NCBI GenBank assembly: GCA_015258065.1
Contig: JABZIZ010000003.1
Span: forward strand, 76,649-140,648
Length of the DNA: 64,000 bases
DNA from: Lachnospiraceae bacterium
Lineage (GTDB): Bacteria; Bacillota; Clostridia; Lachnospirales; Lachnospiraceae
Direction: 5' to 3'
Shown here: one piece after another, positions 48,987 to 59,071 of the stretch
Layout of the letters: each line of letters opens with the position of its first letter
How positions within the stretch are numbered: the first letter of the stretch is position 1
The notes under the pieces: model-generated
What the model saw: the letters and a program-made list of their open reading frames with translations, nothing else
What the model was told of the DNA's origin: nothing
The model's database searches: none
Program-made: the position numbers and the translations under genes

Positions 48987-49706
48987 TTATTCTCCTTTCT
49001 CATCAATCGTGCAACAGGATGCCGGCTGACCAAATTTGGAGGTATCTTTGCCTTTTTTCTCCATATCGCACTTGACCTTATTCATAATGGCGATCAGGCA
49101 GGCAAGGACCATGAAGGCTCCGGGCTGCTGTACAAAAATCAAAACAGGTGTGAAGCCCGATATTGCCGTTCCTTCTCCCATAAACTTCATGCTGAAAAAG
49201 GTGCCGGTTCCGATGATTTCACGAATCAGTCCGATACAGGTGATCGCAATGGTAAAACCAAGCCCCATGCCGATTCCATCAAACAGAGAAGGAATGACGC
49301 CATTTTTGGATGCATAAGCCTCGGCTCTTCCAAAAATGATGCAGTTGACAACGATAAGCGGGATATAGACTCCCAGCGTCTTATACATTGCCGGCATATT
49401 GGCATGCATAAACAAATCTACAATGGTCACGAAAGAGGCAATGACCACAATAAATGCCGGAATACGAACCGTATCCGGAACAATCTTGCGGATAGCGGCA
49501 ATGACCGCATTGGAAAGAGCAAGCACGAAGGTCGTTGCAAGCCCCATGTAAATCCCGTTCATGGCGCAGTTGGTAATTGCCAGTGTGGGACACATACCGA
49601 TCATCAAAACCAAGGTCGGGTTTTCTACTATGATGCCGTTCAGGAAGCGCTCAAGCGGGGTGTTAATCCGTAGCCCCAGCGCACCTTTCTTGCTGTCATC
49701 GCTCAT
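48987..49706 (-). CDS. rnfE: Rnf complex subunit E
   Basis: RnfE/NqrD family protein, 239 aa. Confidence 0.95.
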   Translation of the reverse strand: MSDDSKKGALGLRINTPLERFLNGIIVENPTLVLMIGMCPTLAITNCAMNGIYMGLATTFVLALSNAVIAAIRKIVPDTVRIPAFIVVIASFVTIVDLFMHANMPAMYKTLGVYIPLIVVNCIIFGRAEAYASKNGVIPSLFDGIGMGLGFTIAITCIGLIREIIGTGTFFSMKFMGEGTAISGFTPVLIFVQQPGAFMVLACLIAIMNKVKCDMEKKGKDTSKFGQPASCCTIDEKGE

Positions 49707-50365
49707 TTTGCACCTCCCTGCAATAATACTTGATCCATATATTCAATACAGACGTCCACTCCGTTGGTTATCGCCTTGGAGGTAATTGTCGCAGCGGTAA
49801 TCGCCTGAATTTCATGGTTTTCCTTATTGGCATTTTGTTTTTTTACGGAGAAAAGATGCTCGGAATCCGCATTTTTGACATCCTTGAACTGCGGAACCAG
49901 AATGTCGTTTGCATTCATTCCCAGTCCGGGGGACTCACTGTTGCTGATCAGTGAAATTCCGTTTAACGTTCCGTCCTTTGTAAGGCCTACCATGAACTCA
50001 AGGGCATCGGAACTGTAGCCCTTAGATTTCACCTTGAACGCATAACCAATCACGCTGCCGCTTTTATCCTTTGCTTCCTTCACGGACTCCAACTCCACCT
50101 TGCTGTATCCCTTATTGGAAGAAAGAATTTCTGCCGCCTTCGCCGTATCGGTCTTGATATCTCCAAAGCTATCCGCCGAAGGGAAGACCTCCTTCGTTGC
50201 ATTTTCCTCCGCCGCCCTGGTCTGCTCGGCGATGGATGCCTTCGTATTGTCGTATACAAAGCCCAATAAAACTCCCGCGATCAAAGTAATGAGAAAAAGA
50301 ATCATCGCATTTTTGATCATCAAAGAAATCTCATTGTTCTGCGCATTCATCTTCGTTTCACTCAT
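49703..50365 (-). CDS. rnfG: Rnf complex subunit G (FMN-binding)
   Basis: N-terminal transmembrane segment, FMN_bind domain with the conserved S/T flavinylation site (ITAATITS). Confidence 0.9.
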   Translation of the reverse strand: MSETKMNAQNNEISLMIKNAMILFLITLIAGVLLGFVYDNTKASIAEQTRAAEENATKEVFPSADSFGDIKTDTAKAAEILSSNKGYSKVELESVKEAKDKSGSVIGYAFKVKSKGYSSDALEFMVGLTKDGTLNGISLISNSESPGLGMNANDILVPQFKDVKNADSEHLFSVKKQNANKENHEIQAITAATITSKAITNGVDVCIEYMDQVLLQGGAK

Positions 50366-51402
50366 GCCTTTTTCGCCTCCTTCCGAATACCAAATGCTCT
50401 CGGGATCGTGAAGCGTTCAATCAGAGGCACGGTCAAATTCCCGATAATAATGGCATAAGAAACTCCCTCACCGGAGGCTCCCGCCACACGGAATACACCC
50501 GTCAAAATCCCCAGAATCATTCCATAAATATATTTCCCCTTGTTGGTGATCGGACTGGTCGTGTAATCGGTTGCCATATAAAAAGCGCCCAGCATCAACC
50601 CGCCTCCTGCCAGCTGTGCCGTAATATACTGTGTACTCTTATCGGGGCCAAAAAGGAGTAGAAAAATGACAAAGGTTACAATGTAACTGCCCGGGATACG
50701 CAAATCAATGATGCCCGCCAAAATCAGGATACAGGCACCGATCACAATGGCAATCATAGAAGTTTCTCCAATGACGCCACCGATTCCCTTTCCTGTTACC
50801 ATTTCGGAGATATGCGTTTTCCCAAGCATCTCCATCAAATTGCCTGCCGTCTGGCCGGCTTTCAATGCCGTAAGCGGTGTTGCAGTCGTGGTCGCATCTA
50901 CCATCGTATCATTTGCCATCGGCATAAAGTGATTCATCCAAACCGGGAAGGAGATGAGAAGAAAACACCTTGCACCCAGCGCGGGGTTCATGAAGTTCTG
51001 CCCCAGCCCTCCAAACACCATCTTCACCACCAGGATGGCGAAGATACCTCCGATGATCGGCAACCAAAGTCCGCCCATGTACAATACTTTCTTTCCGTCA
51101 TTACCGGCAACGGTGCCGATAATGGTCTGGGCCGGAAGATTCATACCCAGAAGCAGTCCGGTCACAACAGCCGAGAAATCTCCGATCGTCACCACCTTGT
51201 GCATGGCTTTTTCATAAATATATTCCGTTGCGACACAACTTGCGACGGAAAGAATTAACATGATCAGCGCATTCAATCCGAAGCTGTAAACCCCGTACCC
51301 TGCCGGGATTAAAAGAGATGCGGCAACGACCATCATGATTTTTCTGGTTGTCCAGTTGTCTCTCACATGCGGATTGGATGACACATTCCTCATTTCACTC
51401 AT
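50362..51402 (-). CDS. rnfD: Rnf complex subunit D
   Basis: NQR2/RnfD family, polytopic, contains an FMN-attachment Thr region. Confidence 0.95.
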   Translation of the reverse strand: MSEMRNVSSNPHVRDNWTTRKIMMVVAASLLIPAGYGVYSFGLNALIMLILSVASCVATEYIYEKAMHKVVTIGDFSAVVTGLLLGMNLPAQTIIGTVAGNDGKKVLYMGGLWLPIIGGIFAILVVKMVFGGLGQNFMNPALGARCFLLISFPVWMNHFMPMANDTMVDATTTATPLTALKAGQTAGNLMEMLGKTHISEMVTGKGIGGVIGETSMIAIVIGACILILAGIIDLRIPGSYIVTFVIFLLLFGPDKSTQYITAQLAGGGLMLGAFYMATDYTTSPITNKGKYIYGMILGILTGVFRVAGASGEGVSYAIIIGNLTVPLIERFTIPRAFGIRKEAKKA

Positions 51403-51417
51403 CTAGGGACATCCTCC

Positions 51418-52737
51418 TTATTTCTTCTTCATTTTGCCCATCTGAATTTTACGCATTCCTTTGATCAGCTGAGCAAGCTGTCTTCTTGCTGGACAGATAT
51501 AGCTGCAACTGCCGCATTCAATGCACTCCATTCCGTACTGATGCAAAAACTTCTCTTCCTCATTGTGTTCCACCGCATCCGCAAGATTCTTCGGAATGAG
51601 GTGCTCTGGACAGACGTCCACACACCTGGAACAGTTGATACAGGCACTGGGAGCCAGTTCCGCGACCACATCTTCTGTCAGGCAGGTCATGGCCGAGGCC
51701 GTCTTTGTGGTCGGGACATCCAAATCAAACACCGCAAATCCCATCATAGGACCGCCGGATATGATTTTGGCAGGTTCTTTGACAAATCCACCGGCCGCAT
51801 CAATCAGTTCTTTATAATTCGTTCCGATGCGCACCCTGTAATTGCAAGGATCGGTAATGGCATCTCCCGTAATGGTAACGATTCTCTCCATGAGAGGTTC
51901 GCCCCTCATCACTGCCCGGTACACCGCACAAAGCGTATCCACATTGTCCACAATACAGCCGACATCTGCAGGAAGCATACGGGAATTGATGTCTCTTCCG
52001 GTACAGGCGTGAATAATCATACGCTCGCCCCCCTGCGGGTATTTGGTCTGCAGGGCTTTCACCGTGATTTTATCTTCATCCCTTGTCAGTTCCTCCAGCT
52101 TTGCGATTGCCTCCGGCTTGTTATCCTCCACCGCAAGAATACCTCTTGCATTTGGAAAAATACTCACCGCGATTTTCAACCCGCCAATCAGCTGTTCCGG
52201 ATCTTCTATCATTCTCCTGTAATCGGAAGTCAGATACGGTTCACACTCCGCACAGTTGGCAATGACATATTCAATTTTTTCCGGTTCCTTCGGCGCAAAT
52301 TTGACTGCCGTTGGAAAACCTGCGCCGCCCATCCCGACGATACCGGCATTTCGAACAGCCTCAATCTTGTCCTGAGCCGACATCTCTTCATAAGGCTTAC
52401 TCGGCTTCATTTCCACTGCTTCATACTTTCCATCGTTTTCAATGATGATGCTTTGGCACATGCCACCCGTAGCAAGCCGTCTGGGCTCAATCGCTTTCAC
52501 CTTTCCGGAGACCGTTGCATAGATAGGCGCTGATACAAAGCCACCCGCTTCTGCGATCATCTGCCCCGTTAGGACAGAATCACCGACAGCTACTACAGGT
52601 TTCGCAGGAGCCCCTATATGCTGGGACAACGGATAAACCAGATCGCCCTTAGGCAGGACAGGTTTGATGGGCTTATCCATCGTCAGTTCCTTGCCACCGT
52701 AAGGATGGACACCGCCGACAAATGTAGGTTTTGCCAT
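51418..52737 (-). CDS. rnfC: Rnf complex subunit C (NADH-binding, 2x[4Fe-4S])
   Basis: GMGGAGFPT NADH/FMN motif and two CxxCxxCxxxCP motifs at the C-terminus. Confidence 0.95.
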   Translation of the reverse strand: MAKPTFVGGVHPYGGKELTMDKPIKPVLPKGDLVYPLSQHIGAPAKPVVAVGDSVLTGQMIAEAGGFVSAPIYATVSGKVKAIEPRRLATGGMCQSIIIENDGKYEAVEMKPSKPYEEMSAQDKIEAVRNAGIVGMGGAGFPTAVKFAPKEPEKIEYVIANCAECEPYLTSDYRRMIEDPEQLIGGLKIAVSIFPNARGILAVEDNKPEAIAKLEELTRDEDKITVKALQTKYPQGGERMIIHACTGRDINSRMLPADVGCIVDNVDTLCAVYRAVMRGEPLMERIVTITGDAITDPCNYRVRIGTNYKELIDAAGGFVKEPAKIISGGPMMGFAVFDLDVPTTKTASAMTCLTEDVVAELAPSACINCSRCVDVCPEHLIPKNLADAVEHNEEEKFLHQYGMECIECGSCSYICPARRQLAQLIKGMRKIQMGKMKKK

Positions 52738-52916
52738 GTCTTTCCCTTCTTTCCCTAGAATAAATTATGTGATCTTTGTGGATTTTTCACACATACATAT
52801 AATATACTATCAGTTTTTTATAAAATCTACCAAAATGAAGAAAATACCGAAAATTATTCCCATGAATTCCGCTCGCAGGTATGGTAGAATGAGAACATTA
52901 AATTGAGAAAAAGGGT

Positions 52917-54023
52917 ATGATGAAAATTATTGCAGAACAATCCACATCAAAAGCTTCTTCCATGTCCTATCTTCCGGATGACATGAGAGAGAAAAATCTT
53001 CTGTTTTTCGACATTGAGACCACCGGTCTATCTCCTGAACATGCGGAAGTTTTCTTGATCGGCGCCCTCCGTCTTTCGGAGAGCGGCGCAGAGCTTCATC
53101 AATTCTTTGCAGAAACCCAATCCGAAGAAAAAGAAATTCTGGAGGCTTTTTTCTCTTTTGCCGAATCCCATGATCTTCTCATTCATTTCAACGGCAGACG
53201 ATTCGATCTGCCGTTTATCCGAAAGAGATGTGAAATTCTGGGGATTGCAGATCGACTGTCCGGAAAAGAGGACTGTGATCTGTACCAGAGGCTACGGCCG
53301 TACCGGAGCCTCCTCCAGATGCAATCCCTGAAACAAAAAGAAATAGAGGAGCTTGTGGGATTTCCTAGGACCGATGAGCTGAGCGGCTCCGAAATGGTTG
53401 GCATTTACAAGGAATATCTCTCTTCTCCCTCTGATTCGAAGGCGCGCCTTCTCCTTCTTCATAATGCGGATGACGTGAAGGGCATGCCTTTCTGCATGCA
53501 AACCCTTCTCCTTGAAAAATTATTTTCGGGCCGCATTGATTTAGAGGCGGTAAAGGCCCAGGCCAATACCTACCGTGCCCTTAACGGGAGTATCAGAAAA
53601 GAGCTCTTTCTCCATCTAAAGATGCCCTCCCCTCTCCCGTTCCCCCTGCATGCCAGATCAGGCGACTGCTACGTCAAAGCAAACGGCAATATTCTCATCC
53701 TGCGAATTCCTCTGTATGAGGAGGAAATGAAATACTTCTATGCCGGCCATCAAGATTATTATTATCTCCCCGAAGAAGACACTGCTTTACACAAAAGCAT
53801 CGCAAACTTTGTGAACAAAGCATACCGGGTACCGGCCACTCCCTCCACCTGCTACACAAAGAAAAAATCACTCTTTTTAAAAGAATGGTCGGATACCTTT
53901 GTTCCCGTTTTCCGAAGAGATTACAAAGATAAGGAACGTTTCTTTGAAGTAACTCCGGAGGTCCGAAAAGACAGAAAAGCGCTCTCTTCCTACGCAAAGA
54001 TGGTCTTGCAACAGATGCGGTGA
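52917..54023 (+). CDS. YprB-like RNase H-fold 3'-5' exonuclease-domain protein
   Basis: Exo-I-like motif FFDIETTGL near the N-terminus, 368 aa, architecture similar to YprB. Confidence 0.6.
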   Translation: MMKIIAEQSTSKASSMSYLPDDMREKNLLFFDIETTGLSPEHAEVFLIGALRLSESGAELHQFFAETQSEEKEILEAFFSFAESHDLLIHFNGRRFDLPFIRKRCEILGIADRLSGKEDCDLYQRLRPYRSLLQMQSLKQKEIEELVGFPRTDELSGSEMVGIYKEYLSSPSDSKARLLLLHNADDVKGMPFCMQTLLLEKLFSGRIDLEAVKAQANTYRALNGSIRKELFLHLKMPSPLPFPLHARSGDCYVKANGNILILRIPLYEEEMKYFYAGHQDYYYLPEEDTALHKSIANFVNKAYRVPATPSTCYTKKKSLFLKEWSDTFVPVFRRDYKDKERFFEVTPEVRKDRKALSSYAKMVLQQMR

Positions 54024-54073
54024 CGGGATTATCAAAGGCACTTGACTCTTCTATCCTAAGGAAAGCATCAGAA

Positions 54074-54110
54074 AAGCCACAGGGCGATGTTCCCTGTGGC
54101 TTCATTTTTT
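54074..54110 (+). terminator. Rho-independent terminator after the yprB-like gene
   Basis: aagccacaggg-cgatgtt-ccctgtggctt followed by CATTTTTT. Confidence 0.6.
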
Positions 54111-54148
54111 CTATGAGATTTTCTACGAGACCAACCTGACGCACAACT

Positions 54149-54931
54149 CTAAGATTTCGGCTTTTCGTAGTAGAAAGAATTTGCCCTCTGAAACCCGATA
54201 TCCTTATAATTGATAATCTGCTCCGTACTTCCAATAAACAGAAATCCTTCCGGCGCAAGAGATTTGAAGAATTTATTATAGATATCATCCTTCGCTTCCT
54301 CTGTAAAATAAATCATCACATTTCTGCAAACAATGAGATGATAATTCACCGGATAGGGATCTCGAAGCAAATCCGCCTTCTTGAACTGTACACATTTCTT
54401 GATTTCATTCGAAATGCGAAACTGGCTGCCTTCCTGCGCAAAATACTTAGACTTCAAATCGGCAGGAACACCCGCAATATCCTTTGCACCGTACAAACCG
54501 TTCTTTGCCTTCTCGATTGCCAGCGTATCAATATCCGTAGCAAGCACATGAATTTGAGATAAAGGCACATGCCTGGAAAGGAGCATTGCCAGCGTGTAAG
54601 GCTCATCGCCGGTCGAGCAGGCTGCGCTCCATACATCCAGCCGATTTCCGAAACGTTGAATTAAAGTGGGGATCATTTGTTTATCCATCAATTCCCACTG
54701 ATCTTTGTTTCGAAAAAACTCCGAGACATTTATGGTCAGATAATTTACGAATGCATCAAAAACTTCCTTATCTTTTTTGAGCAGATCCACAAATTTATCA
54801 TAGCCAGTCACTTTATACTTGCCAATTAAAGTATCAATTCGACGCTTCATCTGTTTCTCTTTGTAAGCATTCAAATTGATACTTGTAATATTGAAAATCT
54901 GCCCCTTGAACCATTCGTAATCATATACCAT
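54149..54931 (-). CDS. cheR: Protein-glutamate O-methyltransferase CheR
   Basis: CheR N-terminal helical domain plus the SAM-binding site (VWSAACSTGDEPYTLAM). Confidence 0.85.
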   Translation of the reverse strand: MVYDYEWFKGQIFNITSINLNAYKEKQMKRRIDTLIGKYKVTGYDKFVDLLKKDKEVFDAFVNYLTINVSEFFRNKDQWELMDKQMIPTLIQRFGNRLDVWSAACSTGDEPYTLAMLLSRHVPLSQIHVLATDIDTLAIEKAKNGLYGAKDIAGVPADLKSKYFAQEGSQFRISNEIKKCVQFKKADLLRDPYPVNYHLIVCRNVMIYFTEEAKDDIYNKFFKSLAPEGFLFIGSTEQIINYKDIGFQRANSFYYEKPKS

Positions 54932-55014
54932 AGGATTCCGTTCCTCATGCCCTCCTAAAACGGGAGGTATGATACGCTGTTACGGTTGTAAGAATGAAGG
55001 CCAGGACTTCTCTA

Positions 55015-56121
55015 TCAGTTTTCAGTATTGTCTTCCTGTTCCTGATCTGTCTCTGACTTTTCCGGAGAAAGAAGCGCCTTCATGCTCAAACTGATCTTAC
55101 GATCATTCTCATTGAAGTCGACAATCTTTGCAGTGACTTCCTCACCAACCTTCAATACGTCGGAAGGTTTTTCGATATGCTCTCTGGCAATTTGAGAAAC
55201 ATGAAGAAGTGCATCAATTCCGGGCTCCAGTTCGATGAAAGCACCGAAATCTGTCATCCTTGCTACCTTTCCTGTAATAATCTCTCCGATTCTGTATTTC
55301 TCGGAGGCATCCTTCCAGGGATTCTCATCCTCAAATTTACGGGAAAGAGCGATCTTGTTGCCATCAATGTTCTTAATCAGAACCCTGACCGTATCTCCCA
55401 CCTTAAAGGTCTTCTTCGGATTTTCTACACGTCCCCAGGACATTTCGGAAATATGCAGAAGTCCGTCTGCGCCTCCCAGATCAATAAAGGCACCAAAATC
55501 CGTAATATTCTTTACGACGCCTTCTACCACATCGCCGATATGAATGCGTTCGAATAACTCTTTGGCTTTCTCTGCTCTTTCTTCGGCAATCAACACCTTC
55601 CGGTTACCGATATACCGACGTCTCTTGGGATTGTATTCCGTTACAATGAACTGAATATCCTGACCATCGTATTTGGTTAAATCCTTTTCATAGGTATCGG
55701 AAACAAGGCTGGCAGGAATAAAGATTCTGACTTCATCTACCACAACAACCAAGCCGCCGTTCAGAACCTGTACCACCTTGGCCGTGAGGACTTCCTTATT
55801 ATTGAAAGCTTCCTCAATCCTCTTGTTCCCCTTCTCAACTGCCAGTCTCTTATAAGATAAAAGGACCTGACCATCAGCGTCGTTGGTCTTAATGACCTTT
55901 GTTTCCATTGTGTCGCCGATTTTTGCAACTGTTGTCAGATCGAGTGAATTGTCGTTGCTATATTCGTTTCTTGTAAGAATACCGTCGGACTTTCCGCCAA
56001 TATTCAGGATGATCTCATCCGGCTTAACGTCAATAACACTTCCTTCTACTACTCTCCCGACATGAATGGGTTTGAAGGATGCCTCCAGCATCTCTTCAAA
56101 TGTCTGCTCCTGTTCTGACAT
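55015..56121 (-). CDS. rpsA: 30S ribosomal protein S1 (four S1 domains)
   Basis: Repeated S1 OB-fold units. Strong SD GAGGAGG 7 nt upstream of the ATG at 56119-56121, located inside the 3' end of ispH. Confidence 0.95.
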   Translation of the reverse strand: MSEQEQTFEEMLEASFKPIHVGRVVEGSVIDVKPDEIILNIGGKSDGILTRNEYSNDNSLDLTTVAKIGDTMETKVIKTNDADGQVLLSYKRLAVEKGNKRIEEAFNNKEVLTAKVVQVLNGGLVVVVDEVRIFIPASLVSDTYEKDLTKYDGQDIQFIVTEYNPKRRRYIGNRKVLIAEERAEKAKELFERIHIGDVVEGVVKNITDFGAFIDLGGADGLLHISEMSWGRVENPKKTFKVGDTVRVLIKNIDGNKIALSRKFEDENPWKDASEKYRIGEIITGKVARMTDFGAFIELEPGIDALLHVSQIAREHIEKPSDVLKVGEEVTAKIVDFNENDRKISLSMKALLSPEKSETDQEQEDNTEN

Positions 56122-56971
56122 ATGTCTGAACCTCCTCGATAATTTTCTTTGGGGTGGAAGCCCCGGCGGTAATCCCGATCCGTGCCGCGCTCTTGAGCCG
56201 ATGCAGATCTAAATCCCGTTTTGTCTGAATAAAATATGTATGATCACACCGCCTACTGCAGATCTCAAAGAGTTTCCGCGTGTTCGAACTATGTGCACCA
56301 CCAATCACGATCATTGCATCAACATGGGAGGCGATTTTCTCCGCCTCCTTCTGTCGCTCCTCAGTCGCGCTACATATCGTATTCATAATGTCAATATTGT
56401 AACCGTTCTGAGAAAAAATTTCAACTGCTTTTTTAAATTTATTGAAGTTATAGGTTGTTTGCGATACAAGTGTATAAGCGGTATTCTTCGATGCTCTAAA
56501 ATTCACTACATCCTCCAGTGTTTCCAGCACAACCACTTCCCCGCTTGCCCATCCGACAATCCCTTCCACCTCCGGATGCTTCGGATTCCCTGTAATCAGA
56601 ATGGTCCTGCCCTGTGTGGAAGCTTCCTCCACAATTTTATGAATGCGTTTCACAAAAGGGCAGGTGGCATCCACCAGAGCCAGTCCCTGTGCTTCTATCA
56701 TTTCATAAATTTTTTTGCTCACACCATGAGAGCGGATAATCACCGTTCCGCTGGAAAGATGTTTCAGTGTTTCTTCATCCGGGATAATCTCCACGCCTCT
56801 TTTTTCCAGATCCGCTACCACACTCTCATTATGGATAATGGGACCAAACGTATAGATTTTCCCGTTTGCGCTCTCTCCGACCCGAGAGAGCTGATCGTAT
56901 ACCACATTGACCGCCTTCTCCACTCCAAAGCAAAAACCCGCGTGAGAAGCTGTGATTATTTCTCGCTCCAT
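56096..56971 (-). CDS. ispH: 4-hydroxy-3-methylbut-2-enyl diphosphate reductase (IspH/LytB)
   Basis: Conserved Cys ligands (AGFCFGV, ATCPFV, IC.AT) and full-length similarity. Confidence 0.95.
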   Translation of the reverse strand: MEREIITASHAGFCFGVEKAVNVVYDQLSRVGESANGKIYTFGPIIHNESVVADLEKRGVEIIPDEETLKHLSSGTVIIRSHGVSKKIYEMIEAQGLALVDATCPFVKRIHKIVEEASTQGRTILITGNPKHPEVEGIVGWASGEVVVLETLEDVVNFRASKNTAYTLVSQTTYNFNKFKKAVEIFSQNGYNIDIMNTICSATEERQKEAEKIASHVDAMIVIGGAHSSNTRKLFEICSRRCDHTYFIQTKRDLDLHRLKSAARIGITAGASTPKKIIEEVQTYVRTGADI

Positions 56972-57091
56972 TTTCCGTCCTTTCCGGTCAATTCGGTGCT
57001 GTAAAACACGGGATGCAAGTTTCCTTTTCCCGGGTGTTTTCTGAATGAACCGACGAAAATAAATTCCTGGAAAAAAATCCCAAAAAACCGT

Positions 57092-57760
57092 CTATTTTCT
57101 CCGGCTTTGAATCAAATCCAGAATGTTCTGAATCACCTCATCGACCGTCATCATGGACGAATCGATGACCACCGCATCCCCCGCCTGTCTGAGCGGTGAA
57201 GTCTCTCTTGTCATATCTCGATGATCCCGCTCTTCGATATCTCGCTGAATGGTCTTTAAATCTGCTTCGATTCCCTTCTCCTGCAACTCACGATATCTTC
57301 TTTCTGCTCGAACCCTGGAAGATGCAGTCAGAAAGATCTTTAAATCCGCATCCGGCAAAACCACTGTTCCGATATCTCTACCATCCATCACGACGTCGGC
57401 AGACTCTGCCAATTCCCTCTGCAACTGTACAAGGCGTTCTCTGACTCTCGGAACGGCGCTGACTGCACTGGCGGCATTTCCCACTCTTTCTTCCCGGAGA
57501 AAAGCATCTACATTTTCACCGTTCAAAAAGACCGCCTGTTCTCCGTTTTCATAAGAAATATCAATCTGTGCCCGGCTGCATTCTTGTCCGATTTTTTCTG
57601 CATCGTTTAAAGGAATTCCGTTTTGTAACATCAACAGAGACATGGCGCGGTACATCGCACCGGTGTCAATATAAATCAAGTTTTCGCGTCGAGCCACCTG
57701 CTTCGCTATTGTAGATTTCCCCGCCCCTGCCGGTCCGTCGATGGCAATTTTAAATCCCAT
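57092..57760 (-). CDS. cmk: Cytidylate kinase
   Basis: Motifs IAIDGPAGAGKST and IYIDTGAMYR. Confidence 0.95.
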   Translation of the reverse strand: MGFKIAIDGPAGAGKSTIAKQVARRENLIYIDTGAMYRAMSLLMLQNGIPLNDAEKIGQECSRAQIDISYENGEQAVFLNGENVDAFLREERVGNAASAVSAVPRVRERLVQLQRELAESADVVMDGRDIGTVVLPDADLKIFLTASSRVRAERRYRELQEKGIEADLKTIQRDIEERDHRDMTRETSPLRQAGDAVVIDSSMMTVDEVIQNILDLIQSRRK

Positions 57761-57838
57761 GCTCTTCTCCCGTCTGATCCCTTTGTTTTTCTTCCTGAAC
57801 CTTCTCGCAATCTCTTTATAACCCGCTCCCCTGCAATT

Positions 57839-59071
57839 TCAATCAGCGGCGCTTTCCCCCGCCAGATGCCCGGTCGACCAGGCAATTTGCAGATTATAAC
57901 CACCCGTTAGTGCATCCAGATCCACGACTTCGCCCGCAAAATAAAGTCCCCCGACTCGTTTCGACTCCATGGTAGACGGATTGATTTCCCTAAGGGAAAC
58001 TCCTCCTCTTGTAACGACCGCCTCGGAAAACCCTCTGCATCCGGTTACCGTTAACTTTAGATTCTTCATCAGATAGACAAAATGCTTGCGTTCTTCCCTT
58101 GTAATTTCATGCACCCTCTTTTCCGGCGCAATCCCGGATCGTTTCACCATGACAGGAATCAGTTTGGAGGGAAAAAGATGCTGATTCACATTCATGAACT
58201 GCTTATTTTTCGCAGATTCAAATTCACGCAGAATCCTCGCATCCAGCTGTTCATCCGTCAGTCCCGGCTTTAAATCCAGTAGCAACTGCATCTTTTTAGA
58301 CGGATCCCAGTAGGCACTGGCGGAGAGGATCAAAGGTCCGCTGACACCGTAATGTGTAAAAAGCATTTCGCCCAGATCTTCAAAAAGAATCTTTTCATCT
58401 GAGTCGACTGCCTTCAAGGAAACATTTTTCAAAGAAAGCCCCTGCAAGTCTTTGCACCACTCTTCTCTTACGATGAGCGGTGTGAGAGAAGGGGCGCAAG
58501 CGGTAACCTCATGCCCCGCACTTCTGGCAAATTTATACCCATCCCCGGTCGAACCGGTGGAAGCATAGGAGAGCCCCCCTGTAGCCACAATGACTGCATC
58601 AAAAGCAAGTTCTTCTCCACCGGCAAGCCGAATGCCCAGAATCTTCTGTCCGTCTTCAGAAAAAAGCAGTTTCTGCACCTGTGTGTGGAATCTCATTCGA
58701 ACACCGACCCGCTCCATGCCGCGTACCAAGGCTTGAATCACATCGGAAGAATGATCCGAACAGGGAAACACCCGCCTTCCTCTCTCCACCTTCACAGGGC
58801 AGCCATTTTCTGTGAAAAATTCCTTGACTGCATCTTTAGAAAAACCGTAGATGCTACTGTAGAGGAATTTTTTCCCATGTACAACATGAGAAAAAAAATC
58901 TTCCGTCTCACAGTCGTTGGTCAAATTGCATCTACCTTTTCCGGTAATATAGAGTTTTTTCCCCGGCTTTTCATTCTTTTCGAAAATAAAGGTTTCCGCT
59001 CCGCCTGTTGCTGCGGCATAAGCAGCCATCATTCCCGCGGCGCCGCAGCCGATCACTGCCACCCTCTTCAT
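57839..59071 (-). CDS. HI0933/BaiN-family NAD(P)/FAD-dependent oxidoreductase
   Basis: FAD-binding motif VAVIGCGAAGMMAA and the HI0933 signature (GKGRCNLTN). Confidence 0.85.
   Translation of the reverse strand: MKRVAVIGCGAAGMMAAYAAATGGAETFIFEKNEKPGKKLYITGKGRCNLTNDCETEDFFSHVVHGKKFLYSSIYGFSKDAVKEFFTENGCPVKVERGRRVFPCSDHSSDVIQALVRGMERVGVRMRFHTQVQKLLFSEDGQKILGIRLAGGEELAFDAVIVATGGLSYASTGSTGDGYKFARSAGHEVTACAPSLTPLIVREEWCKDLQGLSLKNVSLKAVDSDEKILFEDLGEMLFTHYGVSGPLILSASAYWDPSKKMQLLLDLKPGLTDEQLDARILREFESAKNKQFMNVNQHLFPSKLIPVMVKRSGIAPEKRVHEITREERKHFVYLMKNLKLTVTGCRGFSEAVVTRGGVSLREINPSTMESKRVGGLYFAGEVVDLDALTGGYNLQIAWSTGHLAGESAAD

Noticed and set aside
53695-54288. Minus-strand 197-aa ORF spanning the yprB 3' end and the cheR start
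   Set aside because: It overlaps two well-supported genes and the intergenic terminator. It has no motifs and no SD.
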